Origin: Candidatus Poribacteria bacterium
GTDB taxonomy: Bacteria; Poribacteria; WGA-4E; PCPOR2b
Assembly: GCA_965116925.1 (NCBI GenBank)
Contig: OZ220744.1
Location: 2,912,001-2,976,000 of the forward strand
Length of the DNA: 64,000 nucleotides
Direction: 5' to 3'
Shown here: positions 9,501 to 18,321 of the stretch, in pieces
Layout: each line of letters opens with the position of its first letter
Numbering within the stretch: the stretch's first letter is position 1
Program-made: the position numbers and the translations under genes
The notes under the pieces: model-generated
Databases searched by the model: none
What the model was told of the DNA's origin: nothing
Seen by the model: the letters and a program-made list of their open reading frames with translations, nothing else

Positions 9501-10684
9501 ACGTAGTTGTCCGCTAAACCTTCTGCCTTACTTAATGTCCGCCAATTGAGTGCTGTCGAGTCCCCCACATTTTCGAGATCGATTGCTTGGTTCAATCCGG
9601 ATCGCGTTGCCACCCAAATCGACTCATCCGTCGCTAAAATATCCTTCACATCATTGTCACTCAACGCTTTAATTTCGTTGTAAGTTCTCCACGTTTCACC
9701 GCGCAAGTCATACCGTGCTAGCCCATGCTCATAAGTACCAAGCCAGACCACATTCCCATCTGCGGCAATTGCTGTGATATGATTGGAGGGCAATCCCGCT
9801 TCTGCTGTGTACTCTCGCCATGTATTAACAGATAAAATGTAGCGCTGTGCGCCGCTATCAGCAGTTCCTAACCATAGCGACGTTCCATCCACTGCCAGTG
9901 CGTTTATCTGATCGCTCGTCAACCGATCCCTTTTGGTATACGCCCTGACGAACTCTGAGTTCCGTTGGTCGTAGCGGCTGAGTCCCTTATTCTCCGTGCC
10001 GAACCAGACGGAGTCCTCATCAGCAGCAATCGCAGTCACACGGTTATCAATAAGTCCGCTGTCCTTGTCATAATTGTTCCATGAATCGGTGAGCTTGTCA
10101 TATCTGGAAACCCCATTCTCCGTGCCGACCCAAATATAATCATCATCAATCACGATCTGTGTAACAGAGTCACCTGCGAGCCCATCCTCCTCGCGCTTCC
10201 GCGCCCAACTATTCGTCTCTTTGTCGTAGCGGGAGAGTCCGTTTGGCGTACCAAACCAGATAAATCTCGAATCGACAGCAACGGAAGAGACCTCTCGCCC
10301 CGCCAAGCCATCCCGCGGCATGTAGCGCGTCCACGTACTTGTAGGGATCTCATAACGACTCACACCGTCGCGTGTGCCAATCCAGACCTGAAGATTGTCC
10401 AAAGCGATGGATAAAACGTGGTTGTGAGCCAAACCGTCGTTCACCGTGAAATTATCCCAGCGACCTTGCACTTTATCATACCGACTTAACCCCCGGTCGG
10501 TTCCGACCCACAAATAACGCGAATCGACAGCCAGGGATAGGACGCGGTCACTGAGGAGCTGGTTGGTTGCGTCCCTTTCCTCATCAAGGAAAAAATCAGG
10601 GGGCATCTGCTGTGGATCATGTGTGGAACAACTCGCTAAAGACAGGAGTATTATGAACCCCAAAATTATACGAATTTGACGCAT
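6581..10684 (-). CDS. Large beta-propeller lipoprotein, paralogue 2 of operon
   Basis: MRQIRIILGFIILLSLAS/C lipobox; 29 Reg_prop-like repeats collinear with neighbours. Confidence 0.85.
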   Translation of the reverse strand: MRQIRIILGFIILLSLASCSTHDPQQMPPDFFLDEERDATNQLLSDRVLSLAVDSRYLWVGTDRGLSRYDKVQGRWDNFTVNDGLAHNHVLSIALDNLQVWIGTRDGVSRYEIPTSTWTRYMPRDGLAGREVSSVAVDSRFIWFGTPNGLSRYDKETNSWARKREEDGLAGDSVTQIVIDDDYIWVGTENGVSRYDKLTDSWNNYDKDSGLIDNRVTAIAADEDSVWFGTENKGLSRYDQRNSEFVRAYTKRDRLTSDQINALAVDGTSLWLGTADSGAQRYILSVNTWREYTAEAGLPSNHITAIAADGNVVWLGTYEHGLARYDLRGETWRTYNEIKALSDNDVKDILATDESIWVATRSGLNQAIDLENVGDSTALNWRTLSKAEGLADNYVTTVAEVGADLWVGTPHGLGVRRGNGDRWTFFRTKDGLADDFVTCIAWEPANRATEGQEQGEGTEEGKGGKNNNTPYASQSHHASRFTHHVSRLWIGTKAGLSTYEPQNRRWNTHPSELQISGRINDIKLDGSFVWIATADGLIYYDGIADVSGKLTETDGLPSKIINTLEIGGNSIWIGTQSGLARLDRSFLTSHVSLFTFHANVRAIVIDDNSVWIGTPLGLAKYDTAADLWTHYTRENTNGGLVSDNVKVISKNGGKVWVGTIAGVSCLDERTGKWSKHLAATTTEVLHSNWVSKLTEDGDGLWFGNWKDSTDGAIVRYNRQTDTFRFFSKEDLPLKSIERPITRIHSLTVGENEVWVGTNSGLLRYDKTTDTWRHYTMADGLPNNEVWAVVLDAPYLWTAHIGGVVSRYSLETDTWKTYEIVPSVEWSNIGTIAVDPRYVWVTTIWEGIKRYDKLTDQWSSITEAHGLGNNETNDLLIDGDYVWVTGWGDASRYNRWTEEWEIFSNQRVLSDVNFVLDRGLDGIWLTYSGWSGEGAIASKYHNKTDSWTTLKLPQIEGVDFDRAKQVVESTEAVWFTADRQGLARYNKAAKDWTFFSEENGLASNDLIEHSLVVDDNYAWVGTAGGLSRYDLKKEVWTTFTRSPLTRTLRESKVYAIAAEGRYVWLGTTNGLHRYDKRTDRWFAPRLKGMEVEEDDTPSVNCLAIDEKYAWLGTNKGILRYDKAGDRWERYTVENGLPSNTIRDLDVRGYDLWISTDRGVATFNRLSDDPNAWESHTQALEIEGMGDNKKYAQTLLSDDVRCVAVGEKLVWFGTDKGTCRYDREQKTWEALTTDSSVLDKIGIQSNLTDTSVIVIDEADIWFGTNKGATKYNVESGDFVTYKRSDGLASDVVTCIALNGEEIWFGSADAGVTQLDRNTGDWRVFNIDDGLSHNRVEAIALDGDQLWFGTERGLCRYNQKTGTWTSYAED
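8893..8927. repeat. Heptamer tandem repeat CGTGAAA-like x5
   Basis: cgtgaaa cgtgaaa agtgaaa cgtgaga cgtgagg; encodes LTSHVSLFTFHA. Confidence 0.8.
9225..9259. repeat. Heptamer tandem repeat CGTGAWR x5
   Basis: cgtgaga cgtgatg cgtgaaa cgtgatg cgtgatg; encodes HHASRFTHHVSR. Confidence 0.8.
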
Positions 10685-10823
10685 TCTTGTGCCTTTCTTT
10701 AGGGAAAGGGTAAAAACAGAAAGTGAGATTGGTTTTGCTTACTTTCTCCCCTTCCCACTTTCTTGTCTTCCACTGCGGTGAATTTTTCCCGTTTTCTCGT
10801 CTTCTCATCCTCTTTTTTTAACG

Positions 10824-13800
10824 TCACCTTCGGTCTTCTTCCACATCGAAATGTGTGGTAAAGATTGTCCATGTATCCGTCATTGTATCATAACGACTCA
10901 GCCCGCGTTCCGTTCCTACCCAAAGGAAATCACCATCTACGGCAAGTACAAAGACCCGATTATGACTGAGCCCATCTTTTTGCGTAAAATGTTTCCACTC
11001 CGTTGTTGCCTTATTGTAGCGCGATACCCCAGCATCGAAACTGCCGAACCAGACGAAATCGCCGTTTGCAATGATACTAGTAATCTGATCGCTGGCTAAA
11101 CCGTCAGAGGATGTGAATACACTCCATTTTTCCGTCTTCGTGTTTAACCTGCTTACACCGCCTTCCGTGCCAAACCATACCCAGTCACCATCAATGCAGA
11201 TACTACTCACTTTGTTGTGGTGCAATCCCTCCTGCTTCGCGTAAGTCACCCAGACCTCCTTCTTCATGTCATAGCGACTGATACCTCTCTCTGTCCCCAC
11301 CCAGACGTAGCGATCTCCCACTGCTATACTGGTCACTCGATTATCTATGAGGCTATTGGCGTATTCTTGGGATAACAGCATTGTGTCCACATCGTCTGCC
11401 CGCCTAAAGGTTTCCCAAGCATTAGGATCGTCCGAGAGAGTATTGTATCTGCTCACCCCTTTATCCGTACCGACCCATAAGGTGCGTCCTTCCACATCGG
11501 CAACCTTAACAAATGCATCAGCCAAACCGTTTTCCGCTTCGTGCAAATCTGTCCAATGCGCCGATTTGTCAAACCGAGTAACACCTTGGGCGGTTGCTAT
11601 CCACAAGTATTTGTCGTCGGTAGCAAGCGCATTCACAGGCTCTTCTACAATACGTTTCTCCAACCATAAGTCATTCTGTTTATCGTACCGTCTTGCACCC
11701 TGATCTGTTCCACAATAAACATAACGCGAATCAACGGCGATTGCATGTACCACGTCAGCAGGTACAGAGCGCGTTCCCGTGTACACCGTCCAGCTATCTT
11801 TACGCATGTCATAACGACTGATACCGTCGGGACAGCCCAGCCAAAGGAAGTTCCCATCGGTTTTCAAAGTTGGATAGTTTATGCGATTATTCAGCAGCCC
11901 ATCCTCTTCCGTAAATACCGTCCAAGATGAAGCCGCCTTATCATATCGACTGATACCGTGCTCCCGGCTTCCGAACCACACGAATTCAGCCGTTTCTTGC
12001 ACATCTCTGAAATTGTTTCCTACACTCTCTGGATGGCCTCGGAAGACCTGCCAAGTCTGATTGAATCTGTGGAATCCGCTTGCGGGGACGCTGTCGTCTC
12101 CTTCCCACCAACTCTGGTTATACAACACCCACATATAGTCCACTCCAGAGATAACTTCCCGTATCCGGTCGGCAACTAACCCCTTGCTGGAATCAATGAT
12201 GACCCAGCTATCTGTATGCTCATCATATTTGCTCAAGCCTTCACCCCAACCGTAAGCCCACACATCATCGTTGTCCACGACAACATGACCGATGGTCGCG
12301 TCCAATAGACCATTCGCTGCAGTGTAACGTTTCCATGTTTCGTTCTGTTTGTCGTAACGCGCTACCCCCTCCATTTGCGCTGGAACCCAGACATAACGCT
12401 TGTCTGCCGCAAGCCGCGTACGGTATGATTCCATATCAGGAGAAATTTCCTTAAAGACCACTTGATGGGTTTCCCATTCGTCCGTATCTCGCTGATAACG
12501 ACAGATGCGATTATCCCTCAAGACCACCCATACGTCATTTCCATCAACCATCAATGTCGTTGTTTTACTCGCTGCCAGTCCATCTTTGACAGTGTAGTGT
12601 CGCCACGTATCCGAATTTTTATCATAAGCAAGCACACCCCCATCCGTGGCAAACCACACACTGTCATCAGTCACCTCCATCCAATCAATTTGAGTAATGA
12701 GAGGCAAGTTCCGCCAATTATTCCCCTTTTGATCATAGCGGAATTTGCCTCTCGGCGTCTCATCATTCGGGGTGAGTGGCTGTAAGGTATCTTCACCAAC
12801 TTGTTGCGAATCAACGCGGGAATGTGAGAGCAGGTTTGTTTTCTTGTTCGCTCGCTTCCTCGCTTCCTCGCTTCCTCGTCCCCTCGTTCTCTCGTTCTCT
12901 CGTTCTCTCCCTTTCAGCAAACCCCTTTGGCGGATTTTCGTCACATCTTCCTTCATATACTGTGTCCAGGTCCCTGTGCGTCTGTCATACCGAACGATTT
13001 CTCCGTTAGAGGTATTCTGCCATGCTAAAAACCACACCCAATCACCATCTATCTCTGTGCGTTGTATATCGCTGTGGCGCAGGACAACCGTCCGTTCCTT
13101 TGCGCGAATTGCTCGCCAAGAGTTATCCTCGGGAAAATAAACACCCAATCCGCCGATTGTCCCCAACCAGATTTTACCCCTTACCACGCAAATATCCCGT
13201 ACGTTTTCGTGTCCCATCTCTATCCCTGGTTGAGTTAGGTCAAATTGTCGCCATCTAGCCGATCCTGCCACTGAGGAAACCCATTCATTGCGAGAAAGTA
13301 CACCTAACCCACCCGGTGTACCGACCCAAAGCGCATCTTTGGTGATTGCAAGTGTCCTCACGTTGTCATTCGGCAGCCCATCCTCCGTTGTGAAATTATC
13401 CCATCTTTCCTCCCGCTTATCGAACATGAAGAGTCCACCCTGTGTCCCGACCCAGAGCATATCCCGCTCACTTGCAATGGTATTGACGTGATGCGTGATG
13501 TGCGATGTGTGAAACATGACACGTTGATCGGTGAGTTGGGCTAGCCCTCGATCGGTTCCGAGCCATAGGGAGTCATCGTCAACAACAATGGCATTTATCC
13601 ATATTCCTTTCAGGTCTTCAAAAGTACGCCATTTATCGTTCTCTTGATTGTATTGGCAAAGCCCGTTGCGTGTACCAACCCAGACCGCTTGATCGACCAC
13701 CGCCACATCAAGGACAAAATCGCTGGGAAGTCCGTGTTGATGGCGCCAGAATTTCCACCGATCGTTCTGGTATCGTCCCACCCCCTTTGACGTTCCCACC

Positions 13801-15089
13801 CAGATTGCATCATCACCAGTCACAACACGGGTGATATAATTGGTCGTCAATCCCTGCGCCTTGGTGTAGGTTTTCCACGCCCCGGATTGCAAGTCAAATC
13901 GACTGAGTCCCATCGCCGTGCCAATCCAAAGGGCACCGTCCCGCTCTGCAATCGATTTGATGTTATCGCTCACCAAGCCTTCCGCCTGTTTGACGACACT
14001 CCAAAGCCCATGAATCTTATCGAATCGTGCTATCCCATCTTCGTAAGTACCGAACCAGACATACTTACCATCAACTGCCATTGCTGTGATATTTGACGAT
14101 GGAAGCCCATCTTCTATTTTGTAGTGAACCCATGTATTAACCGGTTTAATGTATCTTTGAACACCTTCATTCGCCGTGCCGATCCAGACATACAGACCAT
14201 CAACCAAAATGTAATTGATCTTATCCGTTTCAAGCAGATCGGTGCGTGTGTAAGTTTTTACAAATGTTTGCTCTGTGTTGCTGTATAAACTCACACCGGC
14301 ATTTTCTGTGCCGAACCAGATGAAATCTTCATCAATAGCGATAGTTGTGACATTGTCGTCTGCCAACCCCTCGCTTTTGGTCAACTGTGTCCATGAATCG
14401 ATCTTCTTATCGTATCTGGATACCCCCTTGTCGGTCGCAAACCAGACATACTCGTCCTCGACAGCGATAGCAGAAATCTCATTGCTGGTCAGACCGCCAT
14501 CGTCGGTGGTGCGCAGTGCCCAAACATCAATTGCTTTATTATATCGGCTCAAGCCTTTATCCGTGCCAAACCAGATGTAGTTCCCATCCACACCGATAGA
14601 CATAACACGATTACTCGGCAGACCGTCATCGCGGGTGTAGGTCGTCCATTTATCAATTTTGGGGTGATATTTTGAAACGCCAGCTTCTGTGCCAAACCAG
14701 ACAGCAGCCCCATCTACCGCCACGCTAGAAACCTTGTTATTCGCCAACCCATCTTCGACGGTGTAGCTTATCCACAAACTTGCGTGTTTGATGAAGCGAT
14801 TGATCCCCTTGTCGGTTGCAACCCAGATGTGTTCGGCATCTGCCGCGATAGCATTGACCTGATCGCTTAAAAGCGCGGTTGCCTCCCAAGAAGTGGGCTG
14901 ATCTATCACTTCTGGCGTCTCGTCAGGAGCAGTAAAGGTACATCCGATAAAAGATAACAAAGCAACAACAATAAACCATCGACAGTCTAATGTCATTTTT
15001 TGCATATCAAGCACCTGAAGTTTCCAAATCTGTGCACGTTTTTCTTGCTCCAGAGCGGATCTTTTCGGCAACGTTTTTCTTGAATTCAT
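10824..15089 (-). CDS. Large beta-propeller lipoprotein, paralogue 1 of operon
   Basis: Lipobox LLSFIG/C (true start probably ATG ~15005 or ~14996); 29 Reg_prop-like repeats. Confidence 0.85.
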   Translation of the reverse strand: MNSRKTLPKRSALEQEKRAQIWKLQVLDMQKMTLDCRWFIVVALLSFIGCTFTAPDETPEVIDQPTSWEATALLSDQVNAIAADAEHIWVATDKGINRFIKHASLWISYTVEDGLANNKVSSVAVDGAAVWFGTEAGVSKYHPKIDKWTTYTRDDGLPSNRVMSIGVDGNYIWFGTDKGLSRYNKAIDVWALRTTDDGGLTSNEISAIAVEDEYVWFATDKGVSRYDKKIDSWTQLTKSEGLADDNVTTIAIDEDFIWFGTENAGVSLYSNTEQTFVKTYTRTDLLETDKINYILVDGLYVWIGTANEGVQRYIKPVNTWVHYKIEDGLPSSNITAMAVDGKYVWFGTYEDGIARFDKIHGLWSVVKQAEGLVSDNIKSIAERDGALWIGTAMGLSRFDLQSGAWKTYTKAQGLTTNYITRVVTGDDAIWVGTSKGVGRYQNDRWKFWRHQHGLPSDFVLDVAVVDQAVWVGTRNGLCQYNQENDKWRTFEDLKGIWINAIVVDDDSLWLGTDRGLAQLTDQRVMFHTSHITHHVNTIASERDMLWVGTQGGLFMFDKREERWDNFTTEDGLPNDNVRTLAITKDALWVGTPGGLGVLSRNEWVSSVAGSARWRQFDLTQPGIEMGHENVRDICVVRGKIWLGTIGGLGVYFPEDNSWRAIRAKERTVVLRHSDIQRTEIDGDWVWFLAWQNTSNGEIVRYDRRTGTWTQYMKEDVTKIRQRGLLKGRERENERTRGRGSEEARKRANKKTNLLSHSRVDSQQVGEDTLQPLTPNDETPRGKFRYDQKGNNWRNLPLITQIDWMEVTDDSVWFATDGGVLAYDKNSDTWRHYTVKDGLAASKTTTLMVDGNDVWVVLRDNRICRYQRDTDEWETHQVVFKEISPDMESYRTRLAADKRYVWVPAQMEGVARYDKQNETWKRYTAANGLLDATIGHVVVDNDDVWAYGWGEGLSKYDEHTDSWVIIDSSKGLVADRIREVISGVDYMWVLYNQSWWEGDDSVPASGFHRFNQTWQVFRGHPESVGNNFRDVQETAEFVWFGSREHGISRYDKAASSWTVFTEEDGLLNNRINYPTLKTDGNFLWLGCPDGISRYDMRKDSWTVYTGTRSVPADVVHAIAVDSRYVYCGTDQGARRYDKQNDLWLEKRIVEEPVNALATDDKYLWIATAQGVTRFDKSAHWTDLHEAENGLADAFVKVADVEGRTLWVGTDKGVSRYNTLSDDPNAWETFRRADDVDTMLLSQEYANSLIDNRVTSIAVGDRYVWVGTERGISRYDMKKEVWVTYAKQEGLHHNKVSSICIDGDWVWFGTEGGVSRLNTKTEKWSVFTSSDGLASDQITSIIANGDFVWFGSFDAGVSRYNKATTEWKHFTQKDGLSHNRVFVLAVDGDFLWVGTERGLSRYDTMTDTWTIFTTHFDVEEDRR
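12853..12908. repeat. Octamer tandem repeat x7 within CDS
   Basis: (cgcttcct)x3 cgtcccct (cgttctct)x3; encodes RERENERTRGRGSEEARKR. Confidence 0.85.
13487..13521. repeat. Degenerate heptamer tandem repeat x5
   Basis: cgtgatg cgtgatg tgcgatg tgtgaaa catgaca; encodes VMFHTSHITHHV. Confidence 0.7.
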
Positions 15090-15121
15090 GATAGAATGAT
15101 TTAATATTCATTAAAGTTGGA

Positions 15122-15150
15122 ATTATACCACAGGCAGATAAAGCCTTCAA
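15122..15150 (-). promoter_or_regulatory. Sigma70-type promoter of the propeller operon
   Basis: TTGAAG-N17-TATAAT with extended TG on the minus strand. Confidence 0.6.
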
Positions 15151-15330
15151 GCGGAGTAAAGTAACCTTTGTGGATTTCCATTAATGATTTACCGGATGAA
15201 ACTCCGAAGCAATCTGGTTTCTTCAGCATATTTTGGCAAACCAGAAATAATCATTACACCAGCTTCCATTCACAACCCACAAAACTGCAAACACCTAACT
15301 CAACAGGTTCACGTCAGAGGAAAATTCACA

Positions 15331-16611
15331 ATGATTCAAGTAGGATTTGGTCAACGTGTAATCACACCAGAAATCGGTGCAGAAATGCCCGGAAGTATTA
15401 ACAAGCGTTTTTCTCAAAATGTGCATGACGACCTCCTTGTAAATGCAATGGTAATAGACGACGGCGACACACAGCTTGTCCTAGCGGGGCTTGATGCACT
15501 ATCAATAAAACGCTCAACAACACTGAATGCACGGGGACAAATTGCAGATGCGACCGGTATTCCCGCTGATAATGTACTAATCGCGGCAAGTCACACCCAC
15601 AACGGCGGACCTATTGCAGATGTCTTCATGAGCGAATCGGATGCGGCTTACTGCGACTTCGTTGCTGCACAGATAGCACAAGCAGCAATTGAAGGATACG
15701 AGAAACGCGAGCCTGCAACACTAATTATTGGCGCAGGACATGAGGGGAGTGTTGCTTTCAATAGACGCTTTCGCATGAAAGATGGCTCGGAACGCACGCA
15801 TCCAGGGGTAGGCAACCCCGATATTGTTCAAGTCGCAGGACCTGTTGATCCAATGGTCGGGGTCATTGGCGCGATAAATCAATCGTGTAGATTTCTCGGC
15901 TGCTGGGTCAACTACTGTTGTCATGCCACACTGGGGGTCGGCGGAGGTGGGTTTTCTGCCGATTATATCTACTATCTGAGAAAAACCGTTCAGCAGGCGA
16001 TGAAAGCTGACCATGCAATCATCGTCTTCGGAAACGGGGCATCAGGCGATGTCACGCAAGTGGATAATCTCAGGGATCGAGGGAAGCAGTCCGGTGAATG
16101 CTGGGGTTGGCATATCGGCACAACGGTTGGTGCAGAGGTTATCAAGGTGTTAGCACGAATGGATTATACGGATGAGGTTACGTTGGCGTGCACAACTGAC
16201 ACGCTCGAACTTCCCTTACGAGACCTCGACGATGCATCGCTCAACCAAGCACAGTCTTGGGGAGATCAAGCGGTTTGGGCAAGGGAGCTTGAATTGCTCA
16301 AAGAAATCAAGGAAATCGAACCGAGCGTTACAGCTGAGGTACAAATGATGCAGATTGGAGCAGCGGGACTGATTGCTGTGCCCGCGGAATACTTCTGTCA
16401 GTATGGGTTAGATATTCAGGAGTGTTCTCCCTGCAATCCGACGTTTGTTGTCTCCCTCGCTAACGGCTGTGTCGGGTACGTCCCAACACCACAGGCATTT
16501 ATTGGTGGGGGCTATGAACCCCGAACTGCACGGTCTAGTAAGCTGCGTCCAGATGCCGGGGATCGAATTGCAGCGACAGCGGTTCGACTACTTCACGGTG
16601 CACATAGCTAA
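15331..16611 (+). CDS. Neutral/alkaline ceramidase-like hydrolase
   Basis: ASHTHNGGP, NYCCHAT, NGASGDV, SLANGCVGYVPT and GGYE motifs; start at ATG 15331 after AGAGG. Confidence 0.7.
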   Translation: MIQVGFGQRVITPEIGAEMPGSINKRFSQNVHDDLLVNAMVIDDGDTQLVLAGLDALSIKRSTTLNARGQIADATGIPADNVLIAASHTHNGGPIADVFMSESDAAYCDFVAAQIAQAAIEGYEKREPATLIIGAGHEGSVAFNRRFRMKDGSERTHPGVGNPDIVQVAGPVDPMVGVIGAINQSCRFLGCWVNYCCHATLGVGGGGFSADYIYYLRKTVQQAMKADHAIIVFGNGASGDVTQVDNLRDRGKQSGECWGWHIGTTVGAEVIKVLARMDYTDEVTLACTTDTLELPLRDLDDASLNQAQSWGDQAVWARELELLKEIKEIEPSVTAEVQMMQIGAAGLIAVPAEYFCQYGLDIQECSPCNPTFVVSLANGCVGYVPTPQAFIGGGYEPRTARSSKLRPDAGDRIAATAVRLLHGAHS

Positions 16612-16655
16612 ACACGAGGAAAAACACTCGTCAAGAAACACAGCTTTGTGCCTCG

Positions 16656-17693
16656 CTAATCGCTGTGGCTGGCAAGACTCTCCCCATAGGGAGGGTGAGC
16701 GACGCCTTTTTCTGTGATGATCGCTGTAATGAGGTGGGCGGGGGTAACATCAAAGGCGGGACTATAGACTTTGACCCCTTCGGGTGCTGTCCTGCTACCG
16801 AAACCTTCCGTCACTTCTTCGGCAGCGCGTTGTTCAATCGGAATCAGATCGCCGGTTTCGAGAGAGAAGTCAAGCGTTGACGTCGGCGCAGCAACATAGA
16901 AAGGGATGTCGTGTGCCTTTGCCAATATCGCAACGTTATAGGTTCCAATTTTGTTGGCGGTGTCGCCGTTTGCGGCAATCCGATCTGCGCCAACAATGAC
17001 ACACTGGATCTTTCCTTCCTTCATAACCTGTGCAGCCATGTTGTCACAAATCAACGTCACATCAATCCCTGCCTGCATAAGTTCCCACGCTGTCAACCGT
17101 GCGCCTTGCAACAACGGGCGAGTCTCATCAGCGTAAACACTGATGTTCTTTCCTGACTCATGTGCAGAGAACATAACCGCTAGTGCTGTGCCGTAATCAG
17201 AGGTAGCGAGTCCTCCTGCATTGCAATGTGTCAAAATAGTGTCGCCATTACGGAGGAGATTTAATCCGTGTTGACCAATAGCGCGACATTTTGATCGGTC
17301 CTCTTCAATAATGCTTTGCGCTTCATCAAGGAGAACACCTTTGAGTTGCTCAATCTCAAGGTCTTTATGCTTTTCCGCTGTATCCTCAATGCGCTCCAGC
17401 GCCCAAAATAGGTTCACTGCCGTCGGGCGTGAGGTCGCCAGATAATCTGTAACCTTTTTGAGCTCGGCTGCAAAGTCAGAGTAGTTAGTCGCCTTTGACT
17501 GCCAGATCCCAAGTACCGCCCCCAACGCGCCTGCAATACCAATCGCAGGCGCGCCACGAACCCGAAGTGATTTAATCGCCTCCCAAACGCTTTCTACATC
17601 GTCACAATAAATCTGATTGAATTCATTTGGCAGCAAAGTCTGATCGATCAAGTGGATTCTACCATCAACCCATTCAATTGTCGGAATCGGCAT
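16656..17693 (-). CDS. mtnA: S-methyl-5-thioribose-1-phosphate isomerase
   Basis: VRGAPAIG, SRPTAVNL, THCNAGGLAT, ETRPLLQGARLTAWEL, GADRIAANGDTANKIGTY. Confidence 0.95.
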   Translation of the reverse strand: MPIPTIEWVDGRIHLIDQTLLPNEFNQIYCDDVESVWEAIKSLRVRGAPAIGIAGALGAVLGIWQSKATNYSDFAAELKKVTDYLATSRPTAVNLFWALERIEDTAEKHKDLEIEQLKGVLLDEAQSIIEEDRSKCRAIGQHGLNLLRNGDTILTHCNAGGLATSDYGTALAVMFSAHESGKNISVYADETRPLLQGARLTAWELMQAGIDVTLICDNMAAQVMKEGKIQCVIVGADRIAANGDTANKIGTYNVAILAKAHDIPFYVAAPTSTLDFSLETGDLIPIEQRAAEEVTEGFGSRTAPEGVKVYSPAFDVTPAHLITAIITEKGVAHPPYGESLASHSD

Positions 17694-18321
17694 CTTCCGC
17701 CTCTCCTTGGTCGTCATGATCTACCCGTTCAGCGTCCTCTTCTGCTGCACTGCTTTCTTCAAGATTTTCATTGATGCCTTCAGTGTCTTCGTCATCTTCA
17801 GGATCTTTGTCTATTCGGGCTTCGGGGCTACGGGGTTTAGGACCGCCAATATATGCTTCGTGTGCCTCCTTAATTACCTCTACCGTCTCAGCACGATTTA
17901 GCCAACCGGATAATTCAAAATAGGGTTCAAAAAACTGTACAATTTTTTTGAGTAACTTAACGTCTAGGTCAGAAATATCCTTGACCGAAGTGTAACGTTC
18001 ATCACCTAACATCACACAGATAACATGATGATCTCTGTCCTTACGTTTTAGTACACCAATGGGTCGCGCCTCACAGACATAGCCGGGGTGGCTCGCGTTG
18101 GCAGCAATCACCATAGCATTCAGAAAATGTCCATCTTCAGCAACTGTTTCTGGAATCCAACCGTACTCTGTGGGTACTGGCATACTAAATTCATATGCTA
18201 ATCGAAATTTTCTGCTTTTTGCATGGTAGCGATATTTTTTTCGGCTCCCCTTCGGCGCTTCGACAACAACATTGATGATTGAGGGTGCATGGCGTCCCAG
18301 AGAAATATCTCGCAAGTTCAT
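17674..18321 (-). CDS. Family I inorganic pyrophosphatase-like protein with degenerate active site and acidic tail
   Basis: VVVEAPKGSRKKY, YGWIPET, ARPIGVL match the family fold; DGDPLD appears as DGHFLN; start ATG 18321. Confidence 0.75.
   Translation of the reverse strand: MNLRDISLGRHAPSIINVVVEAPKGSRKKYRYHAKSRKFRLAYEFSMPVPTEYGWIPETVAEDGHFLNAMVIAANASHPGYVCEARPIGVLKRKDRDHHVICVMLGDERYTSVKDISDLDVKLLKKIVQFFEPYFELSGWLNRAETVEVIKEAHEAYIGGPKPRSPEARIDKDPEDDEDTEGINENLEESSAAEEDAERVDHDDQGEAEDADSDN

Noticed and set aside
2473..15089. Hybrid two-component sensor kinases
   Set aside because: Reg_prop-like repeats are present, but there is no Y_Y_Y, TM, HisKA or receiver domain, and the proteins have lipoboxes.
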